A stretch of DNA of 64,000 nucleotides, taken from assembly GCF_009834535.1 (NCBI RefSeq), contig NC_045696.1:93436001-93500000 (forward strand). Direction: 5' to 3'. Source of the DNA: Camelus ferus (lineage: Eukaryota). The translations under genes and the position numbers were made by a program. Shown piece after piece: positions 25,706 to 39,099 of the stretch (its first letter is position 1; each line of letters opens with the position of its first letter). The notes below the pieces were generated by a model that was not told the DNA's origin, did not search any database, and saw only the letters and a program-made list of their open reading frames with translations.

Positions 25706-25711
25706 AATACA

Positions 25712-25920
25712 CTAGAGTTCTCAAACTGGGAATGCAGGAATAAAGAAGTGCATAAATGGCCTTCACGGAGGTCTGTGAACTCTCAGAAATTACACTCAAA
25801 AAGTTGTTTTATGAACACTAAGCATGTTTTTCATAAGAACAGTGTCAATAGATTTCAACAGGTTCTCAAAAGAGTCTGTGCTGTGGCATGGCCCTCCTCC
25901 CCCAAGATAAAAGCCTCTGA
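25712..25920. mobile_element. MER103C-like hAT fragment
   Basis: 'gagttctcaaactggg...ggtctgtgaactc...atagatttcaacaggttctcaaaagagtctgtg'. Confidence 0.65.
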
Positions 25921-26009
25921 AACTCACCATGTGGCAGGTAAGGCACCTCACAATTTAGTCCAGTATAGCAGTGAAGTGCAGGAGAGGTGATGTAACATGG
26001 GATGCTGGG

Positions 26010-26210
26010 GGTATTGTAAAATTTTACAGTCAAGCAGTCCTAGGTTTCAATTCTGGTTTGATCATCTGGCTGGCTCGTCTTGGAAATGCATCCTCCCTGA
26101 GCTTTATTTGGCCCCTTTGGTAAGTGGGATATTTCTTTTCTTACAGGGCTGCTTTAATACTAAATTTAATAGCAGTGTAAAGTAATAGAAATAAGAGATA
26201 TAAATTGTAG
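26010..26210 (+). mobile_element. MIR SINE
   Basis: 'agtcaagcagtcctaggtttcaattctggtttgatca...ctccctgagcttta...cttacagggctgct'. Confidence 0.65.
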
Positions 26211-26299
26211 CTTTTTCACCATAAGTTTTTGGACATCCAGAGATGATATCTGTAAAAACAGTACCCTCCCCCTCCTTCATGATAAATTCCTCCCTTAAT

Positions 26300-26750
26300 C
26301 ACTGGAGTTATTTTTGTTTCAAGTTATAAAAATTCCATACTGAATTGGCTAAATCATTCAAGAGAATATATTAACTTACATAGCTCAGAAGTTCAGAGGT
26401 AGAGTATGCTTTAGGTACAATTTCTGTAGGGCTTTACCTACAACTTTCTGCCATACTCTAGCTCTGTTCTTCCCTGTGCATCAGCTTCCCCCTCATGCTG
26501 GTTTTCCTCATGGTGACAACATGACTGCAGCAGATCCAGTCCTCACAACTATACCTCCCACCATCTAGAACAAGCAAGAAAATTTGTGCCCTGAAATTAC
26601 CAGCCAGATCTGAGGTTCTCTCACTTGCCCACCCCTGAGCCAACCTCTGCAGCCAAGGTTATGTCTTTAGTCCTAAGTATCTCTTGGGCCACCTACATTC
26701 CCAGAGAGAATTCAGGGGCAGAGTGAAGAACAGTATTTAGGATACTTAAC
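26300..26750 (-). mobile_element. Old ERVL/MaLR LTR (LTR33/MLT1K-like)
   Basis: 'gtttcaagttataaaaattcca...aattggctaaa', 'catggtgacaacatgactgcagcagatccag', 'tcacttgcccacccctgagccaa'. Confidence 0.65.
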
Positions 26751-27884
26751 AAGACACAGGCAACAACTCACCTGGATATGTATCAGCCCAATTGCAACAG
26801 ATACTGGATGGAAACAACCCGTATTCCCAGGCACATGCTGGGAGCTGAGCCTTAGCCCTGCCTCGGGGCAGAATGAAGGTGAGACCAGTTTGCTGAGGTG
26901 GCAAACTCAGCGGAGTTTGTGCATACCTATTTAAGAATGCGCTAATCCTCATCATTCTTCAGATTATCCTTGGAGGCTAGAAAATCGGGATTCAGCTTGT
27001 GCTGTCTGCTAATGAGCTTCACCTTGAAAACAAGGCATGTACAAAGCAGGAAGAAAAGCCAACTCTTTGGTTACCTGTTCTCTATAAAGGAATAAATCAC
27101 TGGGGAAAAATACTGTTTCTGACTCTAAAAATATTTCTAAAAAATTCTACTTTAACACTCTGGGTTAGTAATTTATATCCCTCACATACACAGAAACACT
27201 TAAAAGTGCATTACTTGATGTTAAATAATTTCAAGCCATTTCAAAAGTTTAGCAGTCCTGAATCAATTTTTATACTGTAATAGGAAGAGAAATTAAAAAA
27301 AAAAAAACAACTGTTTGCTGTTCTTTAGTTTTGCTTCATATTATATTACTGACAAATGACTTCTTAAACCCAACTCAGGAATCTAAACTGTATCACAAAA
27401 CAAAGCCTCACATTATGAAGAAACATAACTGGCGACTTTGTTTCTCCTTTGCCTCTAAGTTCTGCTTCCCTCAGCTAAGGGTCTGGAAGCTTTCCAGATG
27501 CCAGCGGGGTGGGGGAGTTGTCACACAAGCTTGGCATGTAAACCTCATCACAGATTCTTTGAGGGAGCACATCCAAGCAATAATGCCCAATAATGTGGCG
27601 TGCGCGGGAATGTGGGGGAAGAGTGGCAGCTATGCTTTAATCTTATGTAGCATTTTCTTTTGAAAAATCAAATTAAAAAGAGAATGTGTGGCCGAATTAG
27701 CTGGTTTGGAAACTCTTGGTTACTTTGAAAATACGGAGGGGTAGTAACTTATCCCGGAGGTGGGGGTAAGTTTGTTACTGTTGTGCTTGCCTCCAAAGGA
27801 TGCTGTTACCCAGCAGTTCCGTAAGAACTTATTCCAGAATTTCACATTAAATACATCAAGGGCACATGCCATTGCCTCATTTTA

Positions 27885-28240
27885 CTCATTCATTCATTCA
27901 TTCCTATTCAATGAATATCTATGGAGCACCCATGGCTGTCAGGCAGTGTTCTTACTGCTGAGAATATGGAATACAACCAGACTCAAGTCTGTGCCCTCCT
28001 GGAGCCTGTATCCCAGGGTGAGGTAGATAAATAAATTGAAACAAAAAGTTCAAACAAATAAACAAAATAGGTATCAGCTAGCAATAAATGAGATGATAAA
28101 AAAAGTCAGTGATGGGATGGAGGAGGTGATCTGTGCAGGAGGTCACATTTGCGTAGAATCCTGCATGAAATAAGAGAACAAGCCCCGAGCTATGTGGCTG
28201 GAGTGCCCCAGGCCACCAGATGGCACGCTCAGTCCTTGCA
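27885..28240 (-). mobile_element. L2 3' end
   Basis: (TCAT)n tail, 'tcaatgaatatctatggagcacc', 'tgccctcctggagcct', 'gaggtcacattt'. Confidence 0.8.
28213..28226 (+). promoter_or_regulatory. Candidate CTCF binding site
   Basis: CCACCAGATGGCAC matches the core CCASYAGRKGGCRS. Upstream 'tggagtgcc' resembles the TGCAGT upstream module. Confidence 0.6.
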
Positions 28241-28776
28241 GATAAGGCTCCCAACGACCCTGGGATAGGGGTAGGATAAATAATTTAATCTCCAGTTGAG
28301 ACAGGAGGAAACTAGGACTCAGAGAACTGTGTAGCAGACCCAGGAATAAAGCTCATCCCTTTGAGCTCCCAGCCCTTTGTCCTGGAAAGAACAAGTGCTA
28401 GATAAGTGCTTTTTGAGATCTCAGACTTGCTTTTTGATTGAGATGCTTTCTGCACATGAAATTTTATGTGGAATCTCACTTTGTGAAATAGGTGAAAATG
28501 GAGCCTCTCTGGAAGACGTGAGCAGCAGCGTTTTGCCCATGCCTCCTCGTGCCCAGACCTTGCTTGCCCTGCACTCAGAGCCTTTCCTCTGAGGAACTTC
28601 TGCAGCTCCTTCTAACCCTCCATGCCTGGGGTAGTAGAGCGTACAGGAGGGAAAACAAAGAAATAAGGACAATTATGACAAGATCGACTGAATCTCCACT
28701 TGCTCACGGTTCTGCAAAAGCAGACTTTTATTTCTTTCAAGAGCCACTTCAAAGTTTCTTCGTTTTTCAGAGGAAG

Positions 28777-29356
28777 GGGCATGTGATATCTATTGCTCCT
28801 CAATAAATTACTCCCCGAACTTAATGGTTGAAAAGAACAGCTATTTATTATCTCTCAATTTCTTGGGTTAGGAATCTGGGTGCAGCTCAGCTGGATCTCT
28901 GACTCAAGGCCTCTATGAGGCTGTGATCAAGGTGTTGTCACGTCATTTGGGCTGCAGTCACCTCCAGTCCACTGGAGGAGGATCTGCTTACAAGCTGACC
29001 CGTGTGGTTGTGCCAAGATTACATTTTTTAATGGGTTGTTGAACTGAGGGCCTCAGTTCTGTGCCGCATGTTGGCTGGAAACCCTCAGTGTCTCGTCATG
29101 TGGGGCAAGCTCACTCATAGGGCAGCTGGTTTCCCTCAAAGCAAGAGAGCAGAGGGAGAGTTAGCAAGATGAAGTCAAAGCCTTTGTGTAACCTAATCTC
29201 AGCAGTGACATCCCACCACTTTTGCTTACTTTATTCATTAGAAAGGAGTCACTGGGTCCACAGCCCATACTGAGCAAGAGAGGATTACACAAAGGCGTGA
29301 ATGCCAGGGGGCAGGGATCACGGGGGGGGGGGGCATTTTAGAGGCTGCTTAACACA
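28777..29356 (-). mobile_element. MaLR solo LTR (MLT1F-like), near full length
   Basis: 'atctattgct...aaattactcccc', 'ggaatctgggtgcagctcagctgg', terminal 'ggcattttagaggctgcttaacaca'. 5-bp TSD GGAAG at 28772-28776 and 29357-29361. Confidence 0.88.
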
Positions 29357-30869
29357 GGAAGGAAAGCAAAAATGTGGAAGCTGCATAAATTCATGTAATC
29401 CTTAATGTGCTTAATTAAGACAATGTACTTGCAGTCTTTTCAGTACGTTCGTCTTTCTTGCTCCACAACAACCTACAAATATGTGCGCTGGTGTTTCATC
29501 AACGACTTTTAACATGGAGCCCTTGTTTTGTATCCCATCTATTTTTAGTCTAGTGTTAAGAAATAAAATTTCTTTTTGAAAAGGATTCTACTCAGGATTT
29601 TCTTGCTTACGTGATTAATTATAATTCTACTTCAATACAGACAGAAATGTCAACTAGACATATGACTGAAATCCTTGACACCTTTTCTGGGAGTACAAAG
29701 AAAGCCTCAGTAAATTGCTCTCAAAAGTACCCACAAGCTAGCTTTGCGGCCAACATGAAAAAATGCCCTGCCCTATCCCTATGTTTAATAATCAATATTG
29801 TCAATTAGTCTTTCTGAAGTTACCTATAAAATGATGAAGCTGAGTCTCCCGAAGGTTTCCTTCACTTGTCTGTGTTCTTCACTAAACTGGGAGCTTCTTG
29901 AGGGCCACCCCTATCCCACAGTGTCCAGCACACACAAGTGCACTGCAAGCACTTGGGGAACGAGTGATGCAGAAGAGGCTCCAAGGAAACCAGAGGAAAA
30001 TGCTGCCAAAATAGCAACATTAAACAAATTTTTACAAAATTCTTATGGTTTTTATTTGACAACATATTTCAGGGAAGAATTCAAGGATTTATATATGAGG
30101 TAATAGTTCCGAAGGTCCCTAGACATCAGATGTCAGCTCCTTTATGTGGCCCAAAAGTGAGGATTAAGAGGTCAGTGAATATAGTCCAGAAGCTGCTCTA
30201 ATCTGTGACTTGGCACTTGGAATGGGACAGGAAGACATCAAGAAGATGGAGTGAAGATCCTTCCACCCACCTGCAGCAGAGGCATTTTTCAACAATTTTG
30301 CTTGGTTTACTGCTCATGTTTATGAGAACTGAGTAGGACTGGATGGGGCTGCAAGATTAGGTTCAGTCTAGACAGCAGTGCTTTTGAAATCGTAGATGTG
30401 GACAAGGAGAAGGAAACAGCATGGAGGGAGATTTCAGAAAGTGAACAAGGTACCAGAGCAAATGTGTCAGCCCAATTGTTGCTGAATCTTCTGTCCCTGC
30501 CCTCTCTCCAGGACTGTAGAGGAGGTGGGCAAGGGGACTGTAACTGGCATTTAGCTTCCCAAGTCCCAGATCCTATTTTTCATCCTGCTGTGCCATCAGC
30601 TTCCTCAATTTCTTTCTGGGTATTCCCTCTGCCTTTATTTTAAGTTAAAAGATTGTAAGGGGATGGATTATTGGGCCGGCAGGGATGACCATCAGTGGCT
30701 AAGCTTGGCTTTGCCCTTCAGTTGCCAGTGATCTTCTTGTTCCTGACATGACCACTTGCCATGCACAGGGTTTATCCCTAGAAACCCTAATAGCTAACTA
30801 GGTTAGGGCCACAAGGTGTTTCTGTTGTTTTGTTTTGCTTTTACAAAATTTTCTGAAGCAACCAGATGC

Positions 30870-31130
30870 AATCATTATAATGACACCTATTCTGCAAAGC
30901 TTTCCCTGATCAACTCCCAGCTGATTTAATGACCCTCCTCTGCCTGCCCTTCCTGCCTCGAGTGCCCCTATCCCAGTGCTCCCCACACTGCACTGTCCTC
31001 ACTGATTTACCTGTTCCTCTCCCCACTAGGCTGTGAGCATGTAGGACCCCGGCCTGTTAGACATGCTGGGTGCCACCAAGCACTTAATATTATTTGACGA
31101 AAACAGTGAATAAGTAAGTGAATGGGAGAA
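30870..31130 (+). mobile_element. L2 3' end
   Basis: 'ttctgcaaagctttccctga', 'ctctccccactaggctgtgagc', 'gcacttaatattatttg'. Confidence 0.72.
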
Positions 31131-31444
31131 ATGAGGCTTTAGTTAGGAGCGTCACTCTTTTTCATCCTACATCTGCTTAGCCACTAAGTTGAGTAGAAAA
31201 TGAGTGGATAAGAATTCCTGGATGGTCTCTTAGTTAAAAACAGATGTTAGCAACTTCTTCCAATCCGAGCACAACTACCACCAGACAGGTTTTGCAGGAA
31301 TGTCAGAGGGTTAAAATCTGTCACTTTGGAAGCTGTGGACTCTATATAACTGTGTATCTTGATGAGCTGTTATTTGAACAGAGATTGAATACAAACTGAC
31401 CTTCCTGAACCAGTGTCCAGTGTGTCTGTGACTATTATTTCATG

Positions 31445-31690
31445 GGGAAGATTGCATAGTATTTACAGGCAGAAGACCTAAGTGCAGCACATGGTTTCTC
31501 CGCTTGGAGTCATGCAATCACGATCAATCACTTAACTGTGTCTGAGTTTCCTCATTTGTATAATGGATATAATTTTTTAAAAGAAGGAAAAATAACATCA
31601 AGAAACACAACACCTAATTTTCCTTTATGATGTGGTCATGAGGACCAAGGTGATGGAGATGGTGCAACTGCTTCCTAAATTATAAAGGGC
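31445..31690 (+). mobile_element. MIR SINE
   Basis: 'aatcacttaactgtgtctgagtttcctcatttgtataatgg'. Confidence 0.65.
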
Positions 31691-32508
31691 AGTGCCCACA
31701 TTTTCTGCCAAGAGCATCTTTGGGGAGCAAACAGAGGAAGCAAGAAGACTGTTTGACTAGAGCAAGTACAAGATGTTAACACTCTTTGTTTCAAAAGAGG
31801 GATTTTCCAAAATCATAATGCTTTTATGAATCAGAAAAGTGTTAAAAGTTCAAACCTTCCTTTCACATATGAATGTTCCTTATCTTTATTTAATATCTTG
31901 AGACTTTGGTGGAGAACAAATTCCAAGTAAACACACAAAGTGGACTCATCTCTAGGGCCATTAATGAGTTTTAGCTTCCAAGCTAAAGATCTCAGAAGAT
32001 CTTAACAGAACGGAAAGCTCTTCAGTAGAGAGGCATAATTTTAAGTAAATAATTCAAGATTACTGCCAACATTTCTAAAAAAGACATTACATATTTCTAC
32101 ATGAGTAGATGTGTCTGCTTCACTATACTATATGCTAAACATCACAGTTCAGTATAAACACAGTCTACTGAATACATGTTCTCTTGTTGGGGGCATGCTC
32201 TATCCCCAGGGGGCCAGGGGTCTCATGGAAAAGAGCCAGAAACTCTGCCCTCTTTTTTAGGTCTTTTTTCTAGTGTTTTATCATAGACTTACTGCAAGGA
32301 GCTCCTCTGGAAAGGAAAAGCAGGGAGTGGGTTTTCCAGGAGGGAGTCTTGTGGCTTCAGAGAGGTGGTGTAAGCTGTGAGACAGATATCTTAAACATTT
32401 TTAGGCAATGTAAGCACCACCTTTCTTTTACTTCTCCTCTCTAAAAAGGGAGAAATCATAAGAAATGGCTTTTACTCATGGACACTCCATTGTTAAAATG
32501 AAAGCTTA

Positions 32509-32849
32509 GGAAGAAGGTGGGGCAGGAGAAGGGTGGTGGTGAAATGGGTGAAAGCAGGCAAAAGGTACAAACATCCAGTTATAGAATAAATTATGTCATG
32601 AGAATGTAACGTACATCACGGTGACTGTGGTTAATAGCGGCTAATTGCATTTTTGAAAGTTGCTAAGAGATTGTAGATCTTAAAAATTGTCATCTCAACA
32701 ACAAAAAACATTGTAACTATCTATGTATGGTGACAGATGTTAACTAGACTTATTGTGGTAATCATTTTGCAATATGTAAAAATATCAAATGATTATGCTG
32801 AACACCCAAAACTAATATAATATTATAGATCAATTATACCTCAATTAAA
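32509..32849 (+). mobile_element. 5'-truncated L1 (L1MA9-like) 3' UTR
   Basis: 'tttgaaagttgctaagaga...gatgttaactagacttattgtggtaatcattttgcaat...caattatacctcaattaaaa'. 14-bp TSD with 2 mismatches: AAAATGAAAGCTTA / AAAACGAGAGCTTA. Confidence 0.9.
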
Positions 32850-33024
32850 AAAACGAGAGCTTAATTAACTCTGACTCATCCCTAAGAGATCAGTAGCCAC
32901 TGACCAGGCTCCCTATTTTTCCAAATCAACCATTATATGCTCTCATAGCACCATCTCTCTCTCTTTCATAATCTGTAGCATAGTGGTGCTTTTACACCTG
33001 TGTATGTGATTTCTTTATTTAAGA

Positions 33025-33250
33025 CCACAGGTCCTGGAGCTAAACTACACAGGTTAAAATTCTGACTCCACCACTCACTAGCTAGGTGACCAAGCAACTG
33101 AATAGTTCCGTACTGCGATTTTCTCATCTGTAAAATGGGGGCAATAACAGTTCCTACCTCATAGAGATGTGAGGATTAAACTTGAAGAGGAAATGATTTG
33201 TAGAGCCTTTTAACAATGCCTTCTGTATAGAAAGTGCTTAATAGATGTTA
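33025..33250 (+). mobile_element. MIR SINE nested in an L2 3' end (~32900-33345)
   Basis: 'ctgactccaccactcactagct...ttttctcatctgtaaaatgggggcaataacagttcctacctcatagag'. L2-like sequence on both sides. Confidence 0.85.
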
Positions 33251-34607
33251 TCAATTTGTTTTGCTTTATTTCAGTTCTGCCAGCTTCACATTTTATGAGA
33301 GCAGGCACATTATTGCCTAACACCCATCACAGTTGAATAAATGAAAAAAAAAACTTAATCTGTAAATTTTCATCCAGGTTTGTATATATTCCTTTTGTGC
33401 GGTAACGCCAGAAAACAAAGCAGAAAGCAAAATTAACATGAAAGATTGTGGTGGAGATTAATTCTGAAGTATCTGACATTAGACCTCTATTATTTCTTAG
33501 ATCAATACAAGTGAATAAAATGTTATTCACTGTAGATTAAAGATAGTAGTTCAAAGGATTCATACATATTTATTAAGTTTTGTGTGATAGCTAAATAAAC
33601 CTTGTGTTTTCAGGGAAATGAAAACCAGAATACATTTTTAATATCAATACATGGTATCTCTAGGATCTAGTACTAAAAATTTATAAAACCTTTTAAGATC
33701 TACTCTCTTAGTAACTTTCAAATATACACTATAATATTGTTAACTGTAGTTGAAGCATTAAAAGTTATAGTGACACATAGTTCAGACTGGCTTTGCCTAA
33801 AATAGGCTTTGGTGACTTCCCTACAAAGAGCTTTCTAGGCCAACATGGTTATGACAATGAATATGGTTATCATCAAATAAAAAGTTATAAGGTGATTTTT
33901 AAAAACCCTTGGCTATAATATCATCTTAAAAAGAAATAAAGCTCAGATGTGAAGGCTGAGAAAAAAATAAGTCAGTATATTAAGACCATTGTGCACAAAT
34001 AAAAGTGAGTGACTTTAAAAAACTGAGCCCTTAAAAGACATTACCAAAGGATTATATTACTGTTAAGGCTTTCCCTGAGATATCTCCTTTACACTGCGTG
34101 GTTTCCGTGAGCAAGGAGCAACCATGCAAGCACCCTCGTGCTATAGAGAAGGAAAGCAGCAGGCAGTGGGGAGATCTGGCTTCTTGTGGCAAAATATTAG
34201 GGGCTTTGGGAGCACTTCTTTGAATAAAACTTCTTTTCCTAGCTCTTTGATGATCCTTAAATTTCTTGAAGGAGACAAAGCCTATTTATTCAATGACTGG
34301 AAAGAAGGCTTAAAATGCAAATACACTTATTTACTTCCAGTTAAAATAAGATGTCAATGACTAACGTGGCCATTTTCTGAATAGATTTCAATAGGAGGCA
34401 TAAGAAGCATTTTGGTGCAATAAACTAGATTAAATACTAGAAAAGGGAGGCTGTTAACCTCAAAAACAAATGTCAACATAATAATAGTGGCCAACACAAC
34501 CTCTGAGTAAATGCGAAGGTAAAGCCATAAATGTTCTCTGAAAATAAACCCTTTGTTAGAAAAGACCTTTTCCCCTGGATTTTCTTAGTTTCCACTCTAT
34601 TATTTTT

Positions 34608-34733
34608 TAGGGAGGTGGTGGTAATTAGGTTTATTTATTTATTTGTTTATTTTTAAATGGAGATACTGGGTATTGAACCCAGGACCTCATGCATGCTAAG
34701 CACACACTCTACCACTGAGCTATACCCTCCTCC
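34608..34733 (-). mobile_element. Camelid tRNA-derived SINE (Vic-1 type)
   Basis: Reverse complement reads 'ggagggtatagctcagtggtagagtgtgtgcttagcatgcatgaggtcctgggttcaatacccag...aaacctaattacc'. 17-bp TSD with 1 mismatch at 34591-34607 and 34734-34750. Confidence 0.92.
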
Positions 34734-35299
34734 TCCACTCTGTTATTTTTAATGTACATTATGGGAAATAAAACACAATATTGTTATGGCTCATCAAAGA
34801 AAGTTCAGCTCTTTTGCTCCTACTGTTTTTGACAGAGATCAGAGAATTTCAACTACATAAGTATTTTCATTGAATTATTGAAAGCAACAGGCAGAAATGA
34901 CAAGTCATAAATGTTTATTTACTCAAGTAATAAATAAATGAGTGGCTAGATGAATAAAAGAATGATGAAGGAGGGAGCTGATATACAGTTTTTGGAATGG
35001 ACACAGCTTTCCACACAGACAGTCACAGAAAGAAGGGCACTCATTTGCAGAGCAGAATTGGAGCACAGAGATTAAATGCAAGCATTATTTATTTCACAGC
35101 TTTCTTTGGCTCAGTGCTGGTTTATACTGGCAAAAAGGAGTTTGACTTGACTTGTGCTGATTCTTTTCCAGCAATGGAGTTTAAGTCTAGAAATAATTTT
35201 CTATTTAACCCAATAAACTAAATAGTTGATGATTAAGAGAAAGCCAAAGCTTAGGGACTCTGCTAAAATCACATTCTCAAAAGTCACCTATTATTTCCT

Positions 35300-35690
35300 G
35301 ATTGACAGGTTAATTTATCCTTTCTTAATCCCTATCCTCCTTGGCCTTTTTGTAAGACGTGACACTCTTGACTACCCTATCACTGAAAACATCTCCTGTA
35401 GTTTCTGCATCACTTCACTCTCCAGATCCTTTCCAGAGGTGGCTTCTCTTTCTAAGCTGACCCCTAATGGTATGTACTGCTTTAGTTTCAGTCTTCCATC
35501 CTGCTCTCTTCCAGCTCTTTAAGCTCCCATTTACTCCAATCTCTTTTTAAAAAAAATTCCTCTAGATTGAAGGCTGTATTTTATGCCTTGGTCTGCCTCC
35601 TGAACACTTTTTCCACATTTCCAACACTGGGATGAACATTTCTGCCTGAAAATTATATTGGAGATTCACATCTAACAATGACATTCATTA
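35300..35690 (+). mobile_element. L2 fragment
   Basis: 'gtgacactcttgactaccct...tgaaaac', 'ccacatttccaac', 'aacatttctgcctgaa'. Confidence 0.55.
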
Positions 35691-35989
35691 TTTTCTATGA
35701 ATTGACTGCTCCATTTGACTTCCTTTGCTTTTTGAATGCTGTTTCCAGAAGATATGCTTCTAAGTAGTAGAGTGAGCTGCAGCAGGAGTGGCCAGAAAGT
35801 GGAAACTAAACTGGTGCTTGGAGGGTTAATCCAAAAAACAAGTAAGACAAGAAGTCTGGCCATCATATTCTGCTTCCTGGTGATACTGGAAGTTCTAGAA
35901 GATGGTCTCAGCTTTATAGTTTTGTTTTATAGTTTTGTCCTGGGCAGACTATCAAATTGAGGAACAAGATAAGGATCTGCCATAGGAAC

Positions 35990-36170
35990 TAAAGTAAAAG
36001 ATATTTGGGTTCTAAGTCAAGGCAGGTTGCTTAGCTTCCCTGAATGCCCCTCTTCTCATCAGTTTACAATGATGGTGCAACACTTAACTTGAAATGTTTT
36101 ATAGGTATCAAAAATAATGCCCATGAAACATCTGATACATAGTTGTTCTCAATACATACTGGGCATTATT
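35990..36170 (+). mobile_element. MIR fragment
   Basis: 'tttgggttctaagtc...ggcaggttgcttagcttccctgaatgcc...ttctcatc'. Confidence 0.6.
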
Positions 36171-36924
36171 AACATGACCACTACTGCTTGATTTTTCCTA
36201 GTCTGAACTTGAGTTGTGTTGGGCTGTTTTCCTTAACCAATAGCCCCATGTCTAATGGGACACTAACTCTGTCAGTTCCATCATTTTCTTTATACCTTTT
36301 CACTGACTTCATCATAGGGCAGGTCCTGAAATGTTCAACAGGAGTTTTCCAGTGGTGTCACTACCCAGAGATTTTCTTTAAATGGCTCATCTCGTATTAT
36401 GATTCCTATCCAAATGCATTGTCATGACCTACCGCTGCTTTCCAGATATGATCTGTTATTCCCAGCATGGGACACAGAGCCATGTAGCCTGTAGCCACAT
36501 CCTAAATGTCCCAGTCCAGCATAATTTTTCAACTCACTGTTTTATGAGCTCTCTTTACTAGCTTCTGTCTCTATGCCTTTCATCATATTTTCCCCCTTTT
36601 CTCAATAACTTCTCCTTTCTTCTTTAGCTCTTAAATCCTAGATACACTTTAAGCTGCAACACAAATTACTTCAAAAATTTTTACCAAATCACTCTAGTTC
36701 ACCAGTTTCTGCCTCTGAATTTACAGCACTGACTATCAAAAGTAGTTAGTTGGCCACATGTCATGTACATAAGCCTTGTCAGTTTGTGGCCCGTATTGTT
36801 AGTTAACGCCCCCACCATCATCTGTGTCTGTCATGCCAACTATTTTAAGTCACCAACGTTATTGACTCTTTGATTAGGGACTAGTGACAAGCATAATCAA
36901 TAAAGTTTGGGATCAATACTAAGT

Positions 36925-37760
36925 TTTTTCATTTGTTATTCATTCAATATATGTCTATTTTAACAACTTAACATGTATTAGGCATATTGTTGGCTGTGGG
37001 ATATAAAATGAATGAGATACAGGCTCAAGACCTCACAGTATAATGAGAAATATAGACAAGTGAATAATGAATTATATGCAGCAGAAATCCTGTAAAAGAC
37101 AGTGCGCAAAAACCTATGGTTTCAGAGAGACAGGGCACCTAACTCTGCTTTGGGAGAGGGAAGGTCCGGGGAATCTCCTCGGAGTAGCCAGTACTTGAGC
37201 TGCAGTGAAAGGATGAGTGTGGGTTCTTCATGCTGGGAAGCAGTCAGGGAGAGGCTTACAGAAATACAGAACAAGAAAAACACACAAAGACGTGGATCCC
37301 TGAGAATAAATTGGTATGGCTGATATTTGCAAAAGGTATATAGTAGTAGGGTCTAGATATGACTAAAGAGAAGGGCCCTAAAACCAAATCATGAAGAAAC
37401 TACACACTAAGAAATTTGGTCATTATCTAGAAGGCAAAGGTTCAGAGGAAGAAAACCATGAAGGATCTCAGATAGGGGAACAAAATGATTAATTTGTGTT
37501 TTTTAGAAAGATCACTTGGAGAAAGGAGGGTGTGAAAGAGCCTGGGGACAAGAAGATCTGACAGAAACCAATTTCAGTAGTCTAAGAAGAGACTATGGCA
37601 TTGATAGCGCAGAGAATCCATCAGATTCGAGCAGTGTTTTAGTGGCAGATTACATTGGGGGATATTTACGCATAGGTGAGGTTGTGGGAAATTTTAGAAT
37701 AACCTAAGTTTTCCAATTTGCAGATAGACGATGATGCCATTAACCAAGAAATGGAAGAGC
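36925..37760 (-). mobile_element. L2 fragment
   Basis: 'ttcattcaatatatg...tattaggcatattg', 'tttagaaagatcactt', 'atgatgccattaaccaaga'. Confidence 0.8.
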
Positions 37761-38679
37761 ACACTCATAGTTCACTGTTTTGTTTTGTAATATGCTTCTC
37801 TTCCACTTCTGAAAGGCTGTATGTAATCAGAGAAGCCAAAGCCATCTGGATGAAAAGGTGACACTTCATCTTTTATTCACATTAATTCTTGGGAACAACA
37901 GGAGAGAATGTATTAAGCATAAAAGATTTATGAGAGTGACTTAGTATATACAATAATTTATGATAACATTATATTCTGGCAGTTCTAATTTTTAGTTCTC
38001 TATTTTTATTGGAGGTGAAATAATATTATGGAATAAAAGGTAAACTTTGGGAAAATTTCACAAGTTGCTTTAATATCATTATACCACATGATTACACATT
38101 CTTATGCTGTCATTTTGAGGTTCCCTCAGTTATTCTTAGGAAAAGACCATTTAAACAATAATACATGCTTAAAGAAGTATTTATCCACGAATTACTAATT
38201 CTTCATGCTAAGTAAGAAAAAGATGAATCAGCCTTAATATTCTAGATGCTCTGGAAGTTGAGAGAATTTTACTTTGCTTGGTGTTAGAACTCTGTAACAG
38301 ATGAGGAAACTGAGAATTATGAATGTTCAGCGACATAAACAGGGACAAACTGGGTTTAAAACTACTACCTAACCCAGTGAAAGTTTCTTCTTAAGTGCCA
38401 GTGTCATATAGTTGAAAGGAAAAACTATTCCAAATCAAAAGAAAAATATTTCCATTTCAGTTCTGACACTAAGTGTGGGGCTGAGGACAAACCATTTAAT
38501 CATCATGATACCCATGTTCATTATCTGAAGACAGAGATCATATTTTTTTATTTCACATGATCATCATGAGGAGCAAATGCAATGATGTATGTAAAAACTT
38601 TTTGTGTAAACTATTTTAAAAAACACTCCAAAGTATAACATTGTATTTGTAGAGTAAATCTGCAACTACACTGTAATGA

Positions 38680-38905
38680 AACAATCACTTACATTGAGCC
38701 GCGGCTCTACGCCAGGATCCTTTTTGTATGCTATTTCACTTCGTCCTTACATCAACCCTTGAGATAGATGCTATTTTCCAGTTTTATAGATGAAAAAACA
38801 ACAAGGAAGCTCAGAGACTAAGTAACCTTCCCTAGATCACACAGCAAGCAATTGGAGAGGCAAGATTTGAAACTATGTCTGGGTAGTAGTGACTTTACCA
38901 TTGGA
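38680..38905 (-). mobile_element. MIR SINE
   Basis: 'cacttacattgagc...aacccttgagatagatgctattttccagttttatagatgaaaaaac...gctcagagactaagtaaccttccctagatcacacagc'. Confidence 0.85.
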
Positions 38906-39099
38906 ATTTTTGCTATTAGATAATGTTTCTGGCAGTCATGGAAAAGAAAATCACTCCCAGCAATGGAGGTAACTTGGATGAGGAAGAATGAAGGCTGGGA
39001 GACAGAAGGAGGCCTGATGGGCTGGAATGCTAGCATGGATTCTAATCCAGGCAATAAGAGACAATCCAGGGGAGGCAGGAGTCTACAGCAAAAGTTTTG

